Part shown: piece after piece, positions 17,761 through 27,154 of the stretch
How the letters are laid out: the number at the start of each line of letters is the position of its first letter
How positions within the stretch are numbered: position 1 is the stretch's first letter
Assembly (NCBI GenBank): GCA_947630945.1
Contig: CANRJN010000002.1
Span: forward strand, 1 to 50,567
From: an uncultured Bacilli bacterium
Lineage (GTDB): Bacteria > Bacillota_I > Bacilli_A > RF39 > UBA660
Direction of reading: 5' to 3'
DNA length: 50,567 nt
Notes under the pieces: generated by a model
What the model saw: the letters and a program-made list of their open reading frames with translations, nothing else
What the model was told of the DNA's origin: nothing
Database searches by the model: none
Position numbers and translations under genes: made by a program

Positions 17761-18430
17761 TCCCAAATAAAAGTATCAATCTTAATATTTGAATTAATGT
17801 TGTAGCAACACTAGCAACATAAGTAAGTGCTGCTGCTATTAAAACTGTTTTTCCATTTTTTAACTCTTTACTTGTTAAAAAGTGAGAATAGTCTAGTTCC
17901 TTTAATGCACGAGAACTAGCATTTATTTCTACCGGTAATGTTACTAATTGGAATAAAAGAATTACTATTTCTAGCAAAATACCAATCCATATTAAATTAA
18001 AAGCACCAAATATTACACCAAGTAGAATTGCAAAATAACCAGCATAAGATGAAAAATTAACAACAGGTACTAAACTAGATCTTATTTTCATAAATACATA
18101 TCCATCTTTATCTTGAAGTGCATGTCCACATTCATGACAAGCAACACTTACACTTGCAATTGAAGTACCATTATAATTATTTCTTGATAATCTTATTACT
18201 TTTGATCTTGGATCATAGTGATCTGTCAAATATCCATCTACTTCAACAACATCTACATCTTCTAATCCATTTTTATCTAATACATATCTTGCCGCATCAC
18301 GTCCACTTAAATTTCTTTTATTATCTACTTTTAAATACTTTCTATAAGTAGAATCAACAAATAATTGTGCTAATACTGTAATTATAAGGGCTATTATAGT
18401 TAACCCATATGCTATAAAATAGTAATCCAT
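17747..18430 (-). CDS. membrane zinc metallopeptidase (YugP / Zn_peptidase_2 family)
   Basis: N-terminal TM helix, then YRKY...N..G.SG...A, then HECGHALQ, then C-terminal TM helices. This is the typical YugP-like layout. Confidence 0.85.
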   Translation of the reverse strand: MDYYFIAYGLTIIALIITVLAQLFVDSTYRKYLKVDNKRNLSGRDAARYVLDKNGLEDVDVVEVDGYLTDHYDPRSKVIRLSRNNYNGTSIASVSVACHECGHALQDKDGYVFMKIRSSLVPVVNFSSYAGYFAILLGVIFGAFNLIWIGILLEIVILLFQLVTLPVEINASSRALKELDYSHFLTSKELKNGKTVLIAAALTYVASVATTLIQILRLILLFGRRDD

Positions 18431-18442
18431 TTTTTATACCTC

Positions 18443-18685
18443 CTAATTACTTAATAATCTAATATAATTTTTTATTTCTCTATCATTTAATACTTTTCCT
18501 TGACTTACAACTTTATCATTTATTACTAAGGCTGGTGTATTAGAAATATTATAATGAAGAATATGTTTTTCATCTTCAATCAATTCAATTTCTACTTTTT
18601 CTTTACTATCTACCATTACCTTATTTATATTTTTTAATAATTTTGTTCTATTACTTGAATTTTTTCCTAAAACTTTTATTTTCAT
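18443..18685 (-). CDS. thioredoxin_3-like small protein lacking the CxxC motif
   Basis: 80 aa. MKIKVLGK....TKLL.N......... plus STPALVINDKVVSQGKV match the small redox-active disulfide protein family. The position of the CxxC motif reads NSSN, and the protein contains no cysteine. Confidence 0.6.
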   Translation of the reverse strand: MKIKVLGKNSSNRTKLLKNINKVMVDSKEKVEIELIEDEKHILHYNISNTPALVINDKVVSQGKVLNDREIKNYIRLLSN

Positions 18686-18849
18686 TAAATTTCCCTTTCT
18701 TTATTATTATACAAAATATTATAAATTTTATCTACTTATATTATCATCTCCTTTAACTTTACATATTCTATTTTATTATTAATTTATTAACAATCTATGA
18801 TTATTTTATTAAAATTTATTAAAAAGAAAGACAAATTAAATTTATTAAT

Positions 18850-20142
18850 TCATCTTTCTTTTTCCTTATAAACAGGTAACTTTATTTTAATTACAAAACC
18901 ATTATCATTATACGCGCTAATTGTTCCATTATGAATTTCAACAAATTCTTTACAAATTGATAAACCTAAACCTGATATTTTTCTTCCTGCATCTGTTGTA
19001 AAAAAGGGATCAAATATTTTATTTATATTTTCTTCTTCTACACCTTTTCCATTATCACTAATTAGAAATACAATATAATCATCTTGCTTACTTATATCAA
19101 TACTTATTTTACCATTTTCAGGAACAAACTTTATACTATTTGATATTATATTTGAAAATACTCTTTTCATTTTCAAAATATCAACATTTAATTTTTCTTT
19201 TTCACAATTTGTTTTAATTTTAAAATCTATATTTTTATTATTTAATTCTATTTTATAGTCATCATCTAACTGTTTTATTATATCTTTTATACTAATTAAT
19301 GATAACTTTAATTTCTTATTATCATAATTTGCAAGATAATCATCAAAAGTTCCTAGTATATCTTTAATATGTAATGCTTTATCATGTACTTTATTACTAT
19401 ATTCCTTTAATTCTTTTTTTGTTAAATTATCTTCCATTAAAGAAGAATATCCAATTATAGATGTAAGAGGTGTTTTTATATCATGAGATATACTTGCTAT
19501 TATCCTTTTTTGTTCTTGTTTTTCTTCTTCTAATGAATCAACTAAATTAACAAATTCATTTTGAATAACATCAAGTTCATTATTTATTTCATTTCTAATA
19601 GGCTTTTTTCCAAATTTATAATTTCTAATATCATTTATTATTTTTTCTATTGGGGTAATTATTGAATGACCTGCTAGTAAATAAGTAAAAATCATTAATA
19701 AAACTATAATTATAATTTGAAATATAATTAATGATAATATTAAATTAGTAATTCTTACATTATTTGGAAGATATGCACTAATTACATAATTATTATTTTG
19801 TATCTTAATAAATTTATTAAACAAACACATATCATTTTTTTCTAACTTACCTATTTTTAATATTTGATTATTTTCATTAATTATTTCAAAATTAATTTTA
19901 TATTCATTTGATATATTTTTTAAATCTTCTTCTAAATTTATAAATGATTTATAGTTATTATTTAATTTTTCATTCATAACTATTTGTTTTATATTACCTA
20001 TATTTTGTAATGTAGGTTTTATTTTAATTTCATACCAAAAACTAAGAGAAAGAACATTTATAAAAACAATAACAAATAAAGTAATTAAAAAATTTCTTCT
20101 AACTTTATGTTTTTTTAAAATCTTATTCATTTTCATCAACAT
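18850..20142 (-). CDS. sensor histidine kinase
   Basis: Two TM helices flank an extracytoplasmic domain. H-box SHDIKTPLTSI, N-box NIISNSIKF, G-boxes SDNGKGV and GLGLSI. Confidence 0.9.
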   Translation of the reverse strand: MLMKMNKILKKHKVRRNFLITLFVIVFINVLSLSFWYEIKIKPTLQNIGNIKQIVMNEKLNNNYKSFINLEEDLKNISNEYKINFEIINENNQILKIGKLEKNDMCLFNKFIKIQNNNYVISAYLPNNVRITNLILSLIIFQIIIIVLLMIFTYLLAGHSIITPIEKIINDIRNYKFGKKPIRNEINNELDVIQNEFVNLVDSLEEEKQEQKRIIASISHDIKTPLTSIIGYSSLMEDNLTKKELKEYSNKVHDKALHIKDILGTFDDYLANYDNKKLKLSLISIKDIIKQLDDDYKIELNNKNIDFKIKTNCEKEKLNVDILKMKRVFSNIISNSIKFVPENGKISIDISKQDDYIVFLISDNGKGVEEENINKIFDPFFTTDAGRKISGLGLSICKEFVEIHNGTISAYNDNGFVIKIKLPVYKEKER

Positions 20143-20818
20143 TCTTTATAAATTTATAACCATAACCCCATATAGTTATAATATATTTATCATTATCTTT
20201 AAGTTTATCTCTTAAATTTTTAATATTAACAGCAACTGTTCCAATATCACCATATTCACTACCCCAAACTGATTCATAAATTTGTTCTTTTGAAAGTACA
20301 ATTCCTGCATTTTCCATTAAAAATCTTAAAAGTTCAAATTCTCTTGTTGATAAATCTACTTTTTCATTATTACATTTAACTTCATAACTTTCAGTATTTA
20401 GAGTAATTTTTCCAATACTAATTATTTTACCTTTTCTATTATTGTTTGTTCTTTTATTTAATCTTAAATGAGATTTAACTTTTAATACAAGTTCTGTATT
20501 ATCAAATGGTTTAGTAATATAGTCATCTCCACCTATTTCATAACCTACTATTTTATCTACCATATCACTTTTAGCAGATACAAATATTATTGGTATATTT
20601 ACAATATCTCTAACTTTTGAACATAATTCAGTACCACTAATTTCATCCATCATAATATCTAATAAAATTAAATCATAATCAAAGTTTTCACTTTTTATAA
20701 ATTCTAATGCTTCTTTTGAATTGTTAATAATTTTTGAATCAATTTGCTCTTTTTTTAATATTAAAGATATTAATTTAGATATATCTTTATCATCATCTAC
20801 AATTAATACTTTTGACAT
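20123..20818 (-). CDS. OmpR-family response regulator
   Basis: Receiver domain (VLIVDDD, LILLDIMMD, SAK) plus a winged-helix output domain (LSTREFELL..., WGYGYKF). Confidence 0.92.
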   Translation of the reverse strand: MSKVLIVDDDKDISKLISLILKKEQIDSKIINNSKEALEFIKSENFDYDLILLDIMMDEISGTELCSKVRDIVNIPIIFVSAKSDMVDKIVGYEIGGDDYITKPFDNTELVLKVKSHLRLNKRTNNNRKGKIISIGKITLNTESYEVKCNNEKVDLSTREFELLRFLMENAGIVLSKEQIYESVWGSEYGDIGTVAVNIKNLRDKLKDNDKYIITIWGYGYKFIKNVDENE

Positions 20819-20863
20819 ATAATTACCTCCATAATTATTAATGTATTATAACATAAAGTTTAT

Positions 20864-21460
20864 TTATTTTTTTAATTCTTTTAAGTTTTCTTTCATAAGA
20901 TTCATAACAGTATTATATAATTTTTTATTTGCATCTTCTAAACTCATATTATTAACTTTAAATGGTTTTCCAAATCTTATCATTAATTTAGAACCTTTTT
21001 TATATTCTCCTGATATACCAAATGGAACAATAGTTGCATTTGTTTTTTTAGCAAGTGATACAGCACCAAATTTAAATGGTAATAAAAATTCTTTTGTTTT
21101 ATTTCTTGTACCCTCTGGAAATATACCAATAGCGCCATTATTTTTTAATACATTAATTGCTTGTAATTTTGCATTTTCATCTTTAATTTCACGATTTACA
21201 GGAATACAACCTGTTATTTTAAAGAACCATTTAAAATTTCCATCAAAATATTCTTTCTTTGCCATGTAATGAATAATTCGTTTAGTTGAAATAATAACAG
21301 AACATTGATCTAATATATGCATATGATTACCACAAATAATTATTGGACCTTCTTTTACAATATTTTCTTTATTAATAATTATTGGTTTATAATATGATTT
21401 AAATATGAAACCTAATATTGGCTTAAATAATTTATACCCCCATGTTTTTAGTTTTTTCAT
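20864..21460 (-). CDS. lysophospholipid (1-acyl-sn-glycerol-3-phosphate) acyltransferase family protein
   Basis: HX4D motif NHMHILD and FPEGTRN motif. Confidence 0.85.
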   Translation of the reverse strand: MKKLKTWGYKLFKPILGFIFKSYYKPIIINKENIVKEGPIIICGNHMHILDQCSVIISTKRIIHYMAKKEYFDGNFKWFFKITGCIPVNREIKDENAKLQAINVLKNNGAIGIFPEGTRNKTKEFLLPFKFGAVSLAKKTNATIVPFGISGEYKKGSKLMIRFGKPFKVNNMSLEDANKKLYNTVMNLMKENLKELKK

Positions 21461-23201
21461 ATTTTAGTTTTTCCTCATCTTCTAATAATTTATAATTTAC
21501 TTTGTTATATAAAGTAATTGGTAAACTATCTCTAAATTCAAATTCTTTTGGAATAGAATAAACATCTAATTCTTCTTCACATATATCTTTAATTTCTTTT
21601 TTTATTTTGCTAGTTAACTCTACATCTTTCTTTAATACGATAAATGCTTTTGGTACATGTATTTTATATGGATGTGGAATTCCTACTACACATACTTTAT
21701 TTACAGCAGGATGTTTTAATATTGCTTTTTCTATAATAGATGGATATACATTAAATCCAGATACTAATATCATTCTTTTTATTCTTGATGTAAAATATAC
21801 AATTCCATTTGGTGAAATATAACCTACATCTCCTGTATGTAACCATCTTTTTCCATCTTCATCTATTTTAATTACTTTATTTGTTTCTTCTTCATTATTT
21901 AAATAACCCATCATAAGTGTTGGTCCATTTACACATATTTCTCCCTCTTCACCAAAAGGCACCTCTTCCATAGTTTCAGGATTACAAATTTTATAATTAT
22001 TACCAACCATTGGAATACCTATACTTCCAGGTTCATTTGTTCCAGGGAAAGTATATGCTGTTGCTGCAACACTTTCTGTCATTCCATAACCTTTTAAAAT
22101 ATTAACTTTTGCTCCGTGTTTATGTAAAAAATTATTAATTTTTGTTTCTGCTTGAACTGATAAATAATCTCCACCACTAATAATATATTTTAATTGTGAC
22201 ATATCAACATCATCAAATCTTTTATTTGACATCATTCCTTCCCATAAGGTTGGAACACCTAATATTACATGTGGTTTATCTTTTTTCCATATTTTATAAA
22301 ATCTATTCGCGTCATACTCTGGCATAAGAATTGTTTCTACTTTTAAACAAATTGGTGTATGAATACATATACCTAAACCAAAACCATGAAATATTGGAAG
22401 AACTGTAACAATTTTATCTCTTGGTCTTACATCTATAACATTAACTGCACTTTGTTGAGCCATAGCATTAAAACTATAATTTGAAATCATTATTCCTTTT
22501 GGTGTTCCTGTTGTACCACCACTATGAAGAATTAATGCTAAATCATTACAATCTATTTCTGCATGATATTCTCTTAAATTAGAATTTCCATAACTCATAA
22601 ATTCTTTATAACTCATATAAGCAGAATCTTTTAATGATGGTCTTTTAGTTTTAATACTACGAGTTAGAGTATATCCTATATTTAAACCAATTGGCATACT
22701 TTCTTTTGGAGATACAAGAATAGTTTTATATACTAATGTCTCAGGTATTACATCTTTCATTTTTTCATAATCAAAGTCTACTAAAAACAAATATCTTGAT
22801 GCAGATTCATTTAAATAAAATTTTAATTGTTCCCTACTTGATAAAGGATGAATAATATCAGCAACTGCTCCTATCTTATTGATAGCATAAAAAATATAAA
22901 TTGCTTCTGGCATATTTGGTAAGCAAATTGTGACTACATCTTTTTCTTTTACACCAAATTCTCTAAGTGCTCTTGCACAAGTATTAATTTGTTTAAAGAA
23001 ATCATTATAACTAATTTTATTTCCAAAATAATTTAAAACTGTATAATCAAGATCATTACCAACTTCACTTACCATATAATCATAAATTGATTTTTTAGTA
23101 AATTTTATAGTTCTTTCTTTTCTTGAATAATAATCAAGCCAAGGCTTATCTTTCTTTTTGTCCTTAAATAGTCTAATAAAAAAATTACTTATTGTTCCCA
23201 T
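21432..23201 (-). CDS. AMP-forming acyl-CoA synthetase / long-chain fatty acid ligase family protein
   Basis: AMP-binding motifs LHSGGTTGTPKG, GYGMTE, HTGDVGY and the C-terminal IPK. Confidence 0.9.
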   Translation of the reverse strand: MGTISNFFIRLFKDKKKDKPWLDYYSRKERTIKFTKKSIYDYMVSEVGNDLDYTVLNYFGNKISYNDFFKQINTCARALREFGVKEKDVVTICLPNMPEAIYIFYAINKIGAVADIIHPLSSREQLKFYLNESASRYLFLVDFDYEKMKDVIPETLVYKTILVSPKESMPIGLNIGYTLTRSIKTKRPSLKDSAYMSYKEFMSYGNSNLREYHAEIDCNDLALILHSGGTTGTPKGIMISNYSFNAMAQQSAVNVIDVRPRDKIVTVLPIFHGFGLGICIHTPICLKVETILMPEYDANRFYKIWKKDKPHVILGVPTLWEGMMSNKRFDDVDMSQLKYIISGGDYLSVQAETKINNFLHKHGAKVNILKGYGMTESVAATAYTFPGTNEPGSIGIPMVGNNYKICNPETMEEVPFGEEGEICVNGPTLMMGYLNNEEETNKVIKIDEDGKRWLHTGDVGYISPNGIVYFTSRIKRMILVSGFNVYPSIIEKAILKHPAVNKVCVVGIPHPYKIHVPKAFIVLKKDVELTSKIKKEIKDICEEELDVYSIPKEFEFRDSLPITLYNKVNYKLLEDEEKLKYEKTKNMGV

Positions 23202-23778
23202 GTTTTTCTCCTTTTTTAATTAATTTTTTAACTTTTTCTCTTAATTTATTATTTTCATATTCTAAATCATTACTTTGAATTTTATAAGGTTTATCAAAAA
23301 TAATAGTAAGATTATTTTTGAAAAGTTTATATTTTCCTATTATTGCAAATGGAATTATTTCACTATCTGTATCATAAGCCATTTTTACTGCCCCTATTTT
23401 AAATGGTAATAAACATTTTCCTTTTTCAGTAGTTCCCTCTGGGAATATTCCAACGACAAAATTGTTTTCTAAATATTTTTCTGCTTTTTCTAATGCATTA
23501 TGATCTTTTCTATTTCTATTTACAGGAATTAAACCTAAATTTGAAAATATAATTTTTTTAAATCCTTTAAATAATTCGCTTTTAGCAAGAAAATGAATAT
23601 TTCTATTTGTTGAACTAATAAGTAAAATACAATCTAAATTATGAGTATGTGTTCCTGCTAAAACAATTCTTTTGTTTAATGGAATATTTTCTATTCCTAT
23701 ATATTTTGGTCTAAAAACTAAATTTGTAAATATTTTAATAATAGGTCTTACAAAACTATATAACTTTGATTCTTTCAT
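23185..23778 (-). CDS. second lysophospholipid acyltransferase family protein
   Basis: HX4D motif THTHNLD and FPEGTTE motif. It overlaps the downstream ligase gene by 17 nt. Confidence 0.85.
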   Translation of the reverse strand: MKESKLYSFVRPIIKIFTNLVFRPKYIGIENIPLNKRIVLAGTHTHNLDCILLISSTNRNIHFLAKSELFKGFKKIIFSNLGLIPVNRNRKDHNALEKAEKYLENNFVVGIFPEGTTEKGKCLLPFKIGAVKMAYDTDSEIIPFAIIGKYKLFKNNLTIIFDKPYKIQSNDLEYENNKLREKVKKLIKKGEKHGNNK

Positions 23779-23947
23779 ATCTTACACTCTAATTATACAC
23801 TAAAACTTTCTAATATAATTATATAAATTAATTTATTAAATAATTATTTATTTTTTATTAAGAATTATTAAACTAATTCAATCATAAAATTCTTTTAATA
23901 TTCCTATATAATTACTATCTATTAAATAATAAAAGAGCACTCATGCT

Positions 23948-24514
23948 CTATTTAAATCTTTTTTCAAATATACTACTTATTTTCTTAACATCTTTTTTAA
24001 TAATTATCATGTCAATTATATTTAATATTGAGTGAACTATAATCATTATACCAACAAATATAGTTAATGAATATGATGCTGCAAAAGGATTAAATATAAC
24101 AATTATACTTACAATTAAATCTAGAATACCAAATAACATTAATGTAACCCATGGTGCATCCTCATCTTTTAATGATATTGCTAGTTTAATAGAATTAATA
24201 CTTGACACACAAATCCATACACCTATTCCAATTGTAAATAATGTTGGAAGTATACTTGGTTTACTAATAAGTAAAATACCTATTAAGATAGATAATATAC
24301 CAGGTAACATACCATCAAATGGAATATAGTATTTATATGCATTTATGTCTAAGATAACTAAAATAATACCATGTAAAATAATATAAATAGATATTATTAT
24401 TCCAATTGTTTTAATTGACATACTTGGATATATTATCATGATAAGTCCTACAATACACGCAATAATTGATGAAAAAATTATTGAATTTGTTGTTCTTTTA
24501 AATGCTTCTTTCAT
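23948..24514 (-). CDS. HdeD/DUF308-like multi-pass membrane protein
   Basis: Six evenly spaced hydrophobic helices with repeated G-I-x-x-I-x-x-G patterns. The family assignment is tentative. Confidence 0.5.
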   Translation of the reverse strand: MKEAFKRTTNSIIFSSIIACIVGLIMIIYPSMSIKTIGIIISIYIILHGIILVILDINAYKYYIPFDGMLPGILSILIGILLISKPSILPTLFTIGIGVWICVSSINSIKLAISLKDEDAPWVTLMLFGILDLIVSIIVIFNPFAASYSLTIFVGIMIIVHSILNIIDMIIIKKDVKKISSIFEKRFK

Positions 24515-24593
24515 TTTTTTCCTCCATAATATTCATTGTAAAAATTATTTATTATTATTTTTATATAAATTTATTAAGAATTATTAAAATATT

Positions 24594-27143
24594 TTATTCT
24601 CTATTTAGTATGGCATCTATTGGATTTAATTTACTTATTTTTCTTGTATTCATACTTGATATTAGAACTGATATTATTATAGATATAATAATTATAAGTA
24701 ACATAACTATTGGTCTAAATATAAATGCACTAAAATTATAATAAGATTTTTTTATAGATACATTTATTATTATACTTGATATTATAAATAGTATTATAGA
24801 TATTAATGAAGATATAAGACCAATCATTATTGATTCTAAACTAAATATTTTAGATATATCATTTTTATTAGCGCCTAACCCTTTTAGAATTCCTATTTCT
24901 TTTTTACTATTTGTAATTGACATTGAAATATAATTTGTAAATAATAAGAATGCAAATATAAAGAATATAAGTGATACTGCTAGAATTATTAAAGAAAGTA
25001 TACTATATAAATTGGTTACAGAATATATGTCTTCTAACATATAATAATATATTTGATAAGTATAATGAGTGCCTTTTATATTAGGAGTATAAATATCAAA
25101 TTCACCACAACCATAATAATCTAAATAAGTAAGTTTTGATAATGATTTTTTCATATGTGAATAGTCATTATCATAAATAAGTCTTCCTATTATATAACTA
25201 TCTTTAAAATTTGTTATGTTTTTGTGTTCATTTAACTCATCTATGTAAAAACTACTTATATAATCATTTTCATCTTCTGATATACCTATTATGTTAACAC
25301 TAAATTGTTTAGATTCATCATCACTATCATCATTACTACCATAAAGCAATGTAACATCTTTTCTTCTTATATTTTTTTCAAAAAATTCAACTGCAAAATC
25401 TGTTAAAGATTTATTATCATTTTCTTTAATATAGTCCATGTATTCTGTATCAAAATCTTTAAAAAGTTTTCTAACAGAATCTACTGATAAAATTATTTCA
25501 TCTTTATTTAATGAATTTATAGTTTTAATTCCATCACTTGTAATTACTTCTACATCAGTATCTATAAAATTAATATTTTCATGAGTGTATCCATCTATAT
25601 CAAGACCTACATAATTAATTATATTTAACTTATCTAGAATACCCTCTTTAATGATATTTTCTTCATTTTCAATTTCAATTGTATCTACAAAATCTTTTGT
25701 ATAAATCATATCTCTTACAAAGTCTAAACTATAATTAGCATAAAAATCTTTTAATTCTTTATCATTAAAATAACCTTTTTCTTTTGCATCTTCAAATAAA
25801 CTATTATCTTCATTCATTATTCCAACAATAGTAACTTTACTATTTCCAAGTTTAATCTCTTTATTTGATGAAATTAAATCATTATAATCTTTTGGAAAGT
25901 ATTCTTCTTCATTTTCTAATATTATTCCATATTTTATTATGAAATCTGCAAGAAATTTACTTACAACTATCTCATTACTAGTTTGTGGTTTTCTTCCTAT
26001 AACATTATCAAATATTTTATCTTCTTTAACATCTAAAATATATGGATTTGAACCTATACGAAAATATTCACTATCATTATAATTTTTATTTACATATTGA
26101 AATCTAAAACTTTCATCATCATAAAAACTATAAACATTATTTATTTTTGATGAAGTAATTTCTTCAATATATTTATAATCTTCACTTTCAAAATCTAGCG
26201 CGTCAAATTCATCTTTATTTTTATAATCATATTTATCAACTAAATATGTATTAACATTATTATTTTTAATTGTTTGCATTATTAATGAGTTTTTATTAAA
26301 CAAAGAAAAATTCATACTAAGTGATAAAAATGTAAAAGCAATTGCAGTAAGTATAATTGACATTACTAGTTTACTCTTTTTACATTTTAAACTTTCATAT
26401 GCCATATTGAGTGCATACTTAAATGGTAATTTTGATTTTTTTAGTTCTAAATTATTAGATTCATTATTATATGTAACTCCATTATCATACTCTATTTGTC
26501 CATCTTTTATTCCTATTATTCTATCTGCATAATTTCTTGCAGACTCTCTATCGTGTGATACAACTATTACTAGTCTTTCTTTACTGATACTTTTTAATAT
26601 TTGAAATATTTGTGCACTAGATACACTATCTAAATTACCTGTTGGCTCATCTGCTAAAATTATTTGTGGTTTTTTAATTAAGGCTCTTGCTATTGCTACT
26701 CTTTGTTTTTGTCCACCAGATAATTCATTCATTTTTCTATTTTCTAAGTCTTTCATTCCTAAATCTTCAAGTAATTTTAATATTTCTTCTCTATTTCCTT
26801 TTTCACCTTGTAATTCTTTTGCTAATTCTATATTTTCATATACATTATATTTTTCTAAAACATTAAATTCTTGGAAGACAAAACCGACACATGTATTTCT
26901 ATATGCATCATAATCTTTTTCTTTAAAATCATTTGTATTTTTTCCATTTACTATATAGTTACCACTTGTTTGTGTATCTAGTCCTCCTAGTATATTAAGT
27001 AATGTACTTTTTCCACTTCCACTTTTTCCTAAAATAAAGACAAGTCCCTTACTTCCTATTTCTAAATTTACATTTGATAAAGCAGTAACTTTATTATCTT
27101 TTTTTATTTCATAAATTTTAGTTAAATTTTCTAATTTTATCAT
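24594..27143 (-). CDS. ABC ATPase fused to a FtsX-type permease (MacB-like), paralog 1
   Basis: Walker A GKSGSGKST, signature LSGGQKQR, Walker B ILADEPT. These are followed by a TM helix, a roughly 400-aa extracytoplasmic region and a C-terminal FtsX-like 3-TM bundle (GILKGLGA). Confidence 0.85.
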   Translation of the reverse strand: MIKLENLTKIYEIKKDNKVTALSNVNLEIGSKGLVFILGKSGSGKSTLLNILGGLDTQTSGNYIVNGKNTNDFKEKDYDAYRNTCVGFVFQEFNVLEKYNVYENIELAKELQGEKGNREEILKLLEDLGMKDLENRKMNELSGGQKQRVAIARALIKKPQIILADEPTGNLDSVSSAQIFQILKSISKERLVIVVSHDRESARNYADRIIGIKDGQIEYDNGVTYNNESNNLELKKSKLPFKYALNMAYESLKCKKSKLVMSIILTAIAFTFLSLSMNFSLFNKNSLIMQTIKNNNVNTYLVDKYDYKNKDEFDALDFESEDYKYIEEITSSKINNVYSFYDDESFRFQYVNKNYNDSEYFRIGSNPYILDVKEDKIFDNVIGRKPQTSNEIVVSKFLADFIIKYGIILENEEEYFPKDYNDLISSNKEIKLGNSKVTIVGIMNEDNSLFEDAKEKGYFNDKELKDFYANYSLDFVRDMIYTKDFVDTIEIENEENIIKEGILDKLNIINYVGLDIDGYTHENINFIDTDVEVITSDGIKTINSLNKDEIILSVDSVRKLFKDFDTEYMDYIKENDNKSLTDFAVEFFEKNIRRKDVTLLYGSNDDSDDESKQFSVNIIGISEDENDYISSFYIDELNEHKNITNFKDSYIIGRLIYDNDYSHMKKSLSKLTYLDYYGCGEFDIYTPNIKGTHYTYQIYYYMLEDIYSVTNLYSILSLIILAVSLIFFIFAFLLFTNYISMSITNSKKEIGILKGLGANKNDISKIFSLESIMIGLISSLISIILFIISSIIINVSIKKSYYNFSAFIFRPIVMLLIIIISIIISVLISSMNTRKISKLNPIDAILNRE
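26402..27062. repeat. near-identical segment shared with 28840-29503 (ATPase-coding part of the paralogs)
   Basis: By-eye alignment shows about 660 bp, including a run of roughly 300 nt that appears identical. The flanking sequence of the two genes is strongly diverged. Boundaries are approximate. Confidence 0.8.
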
Positions 27144-27154
27144 AATTACCTACC

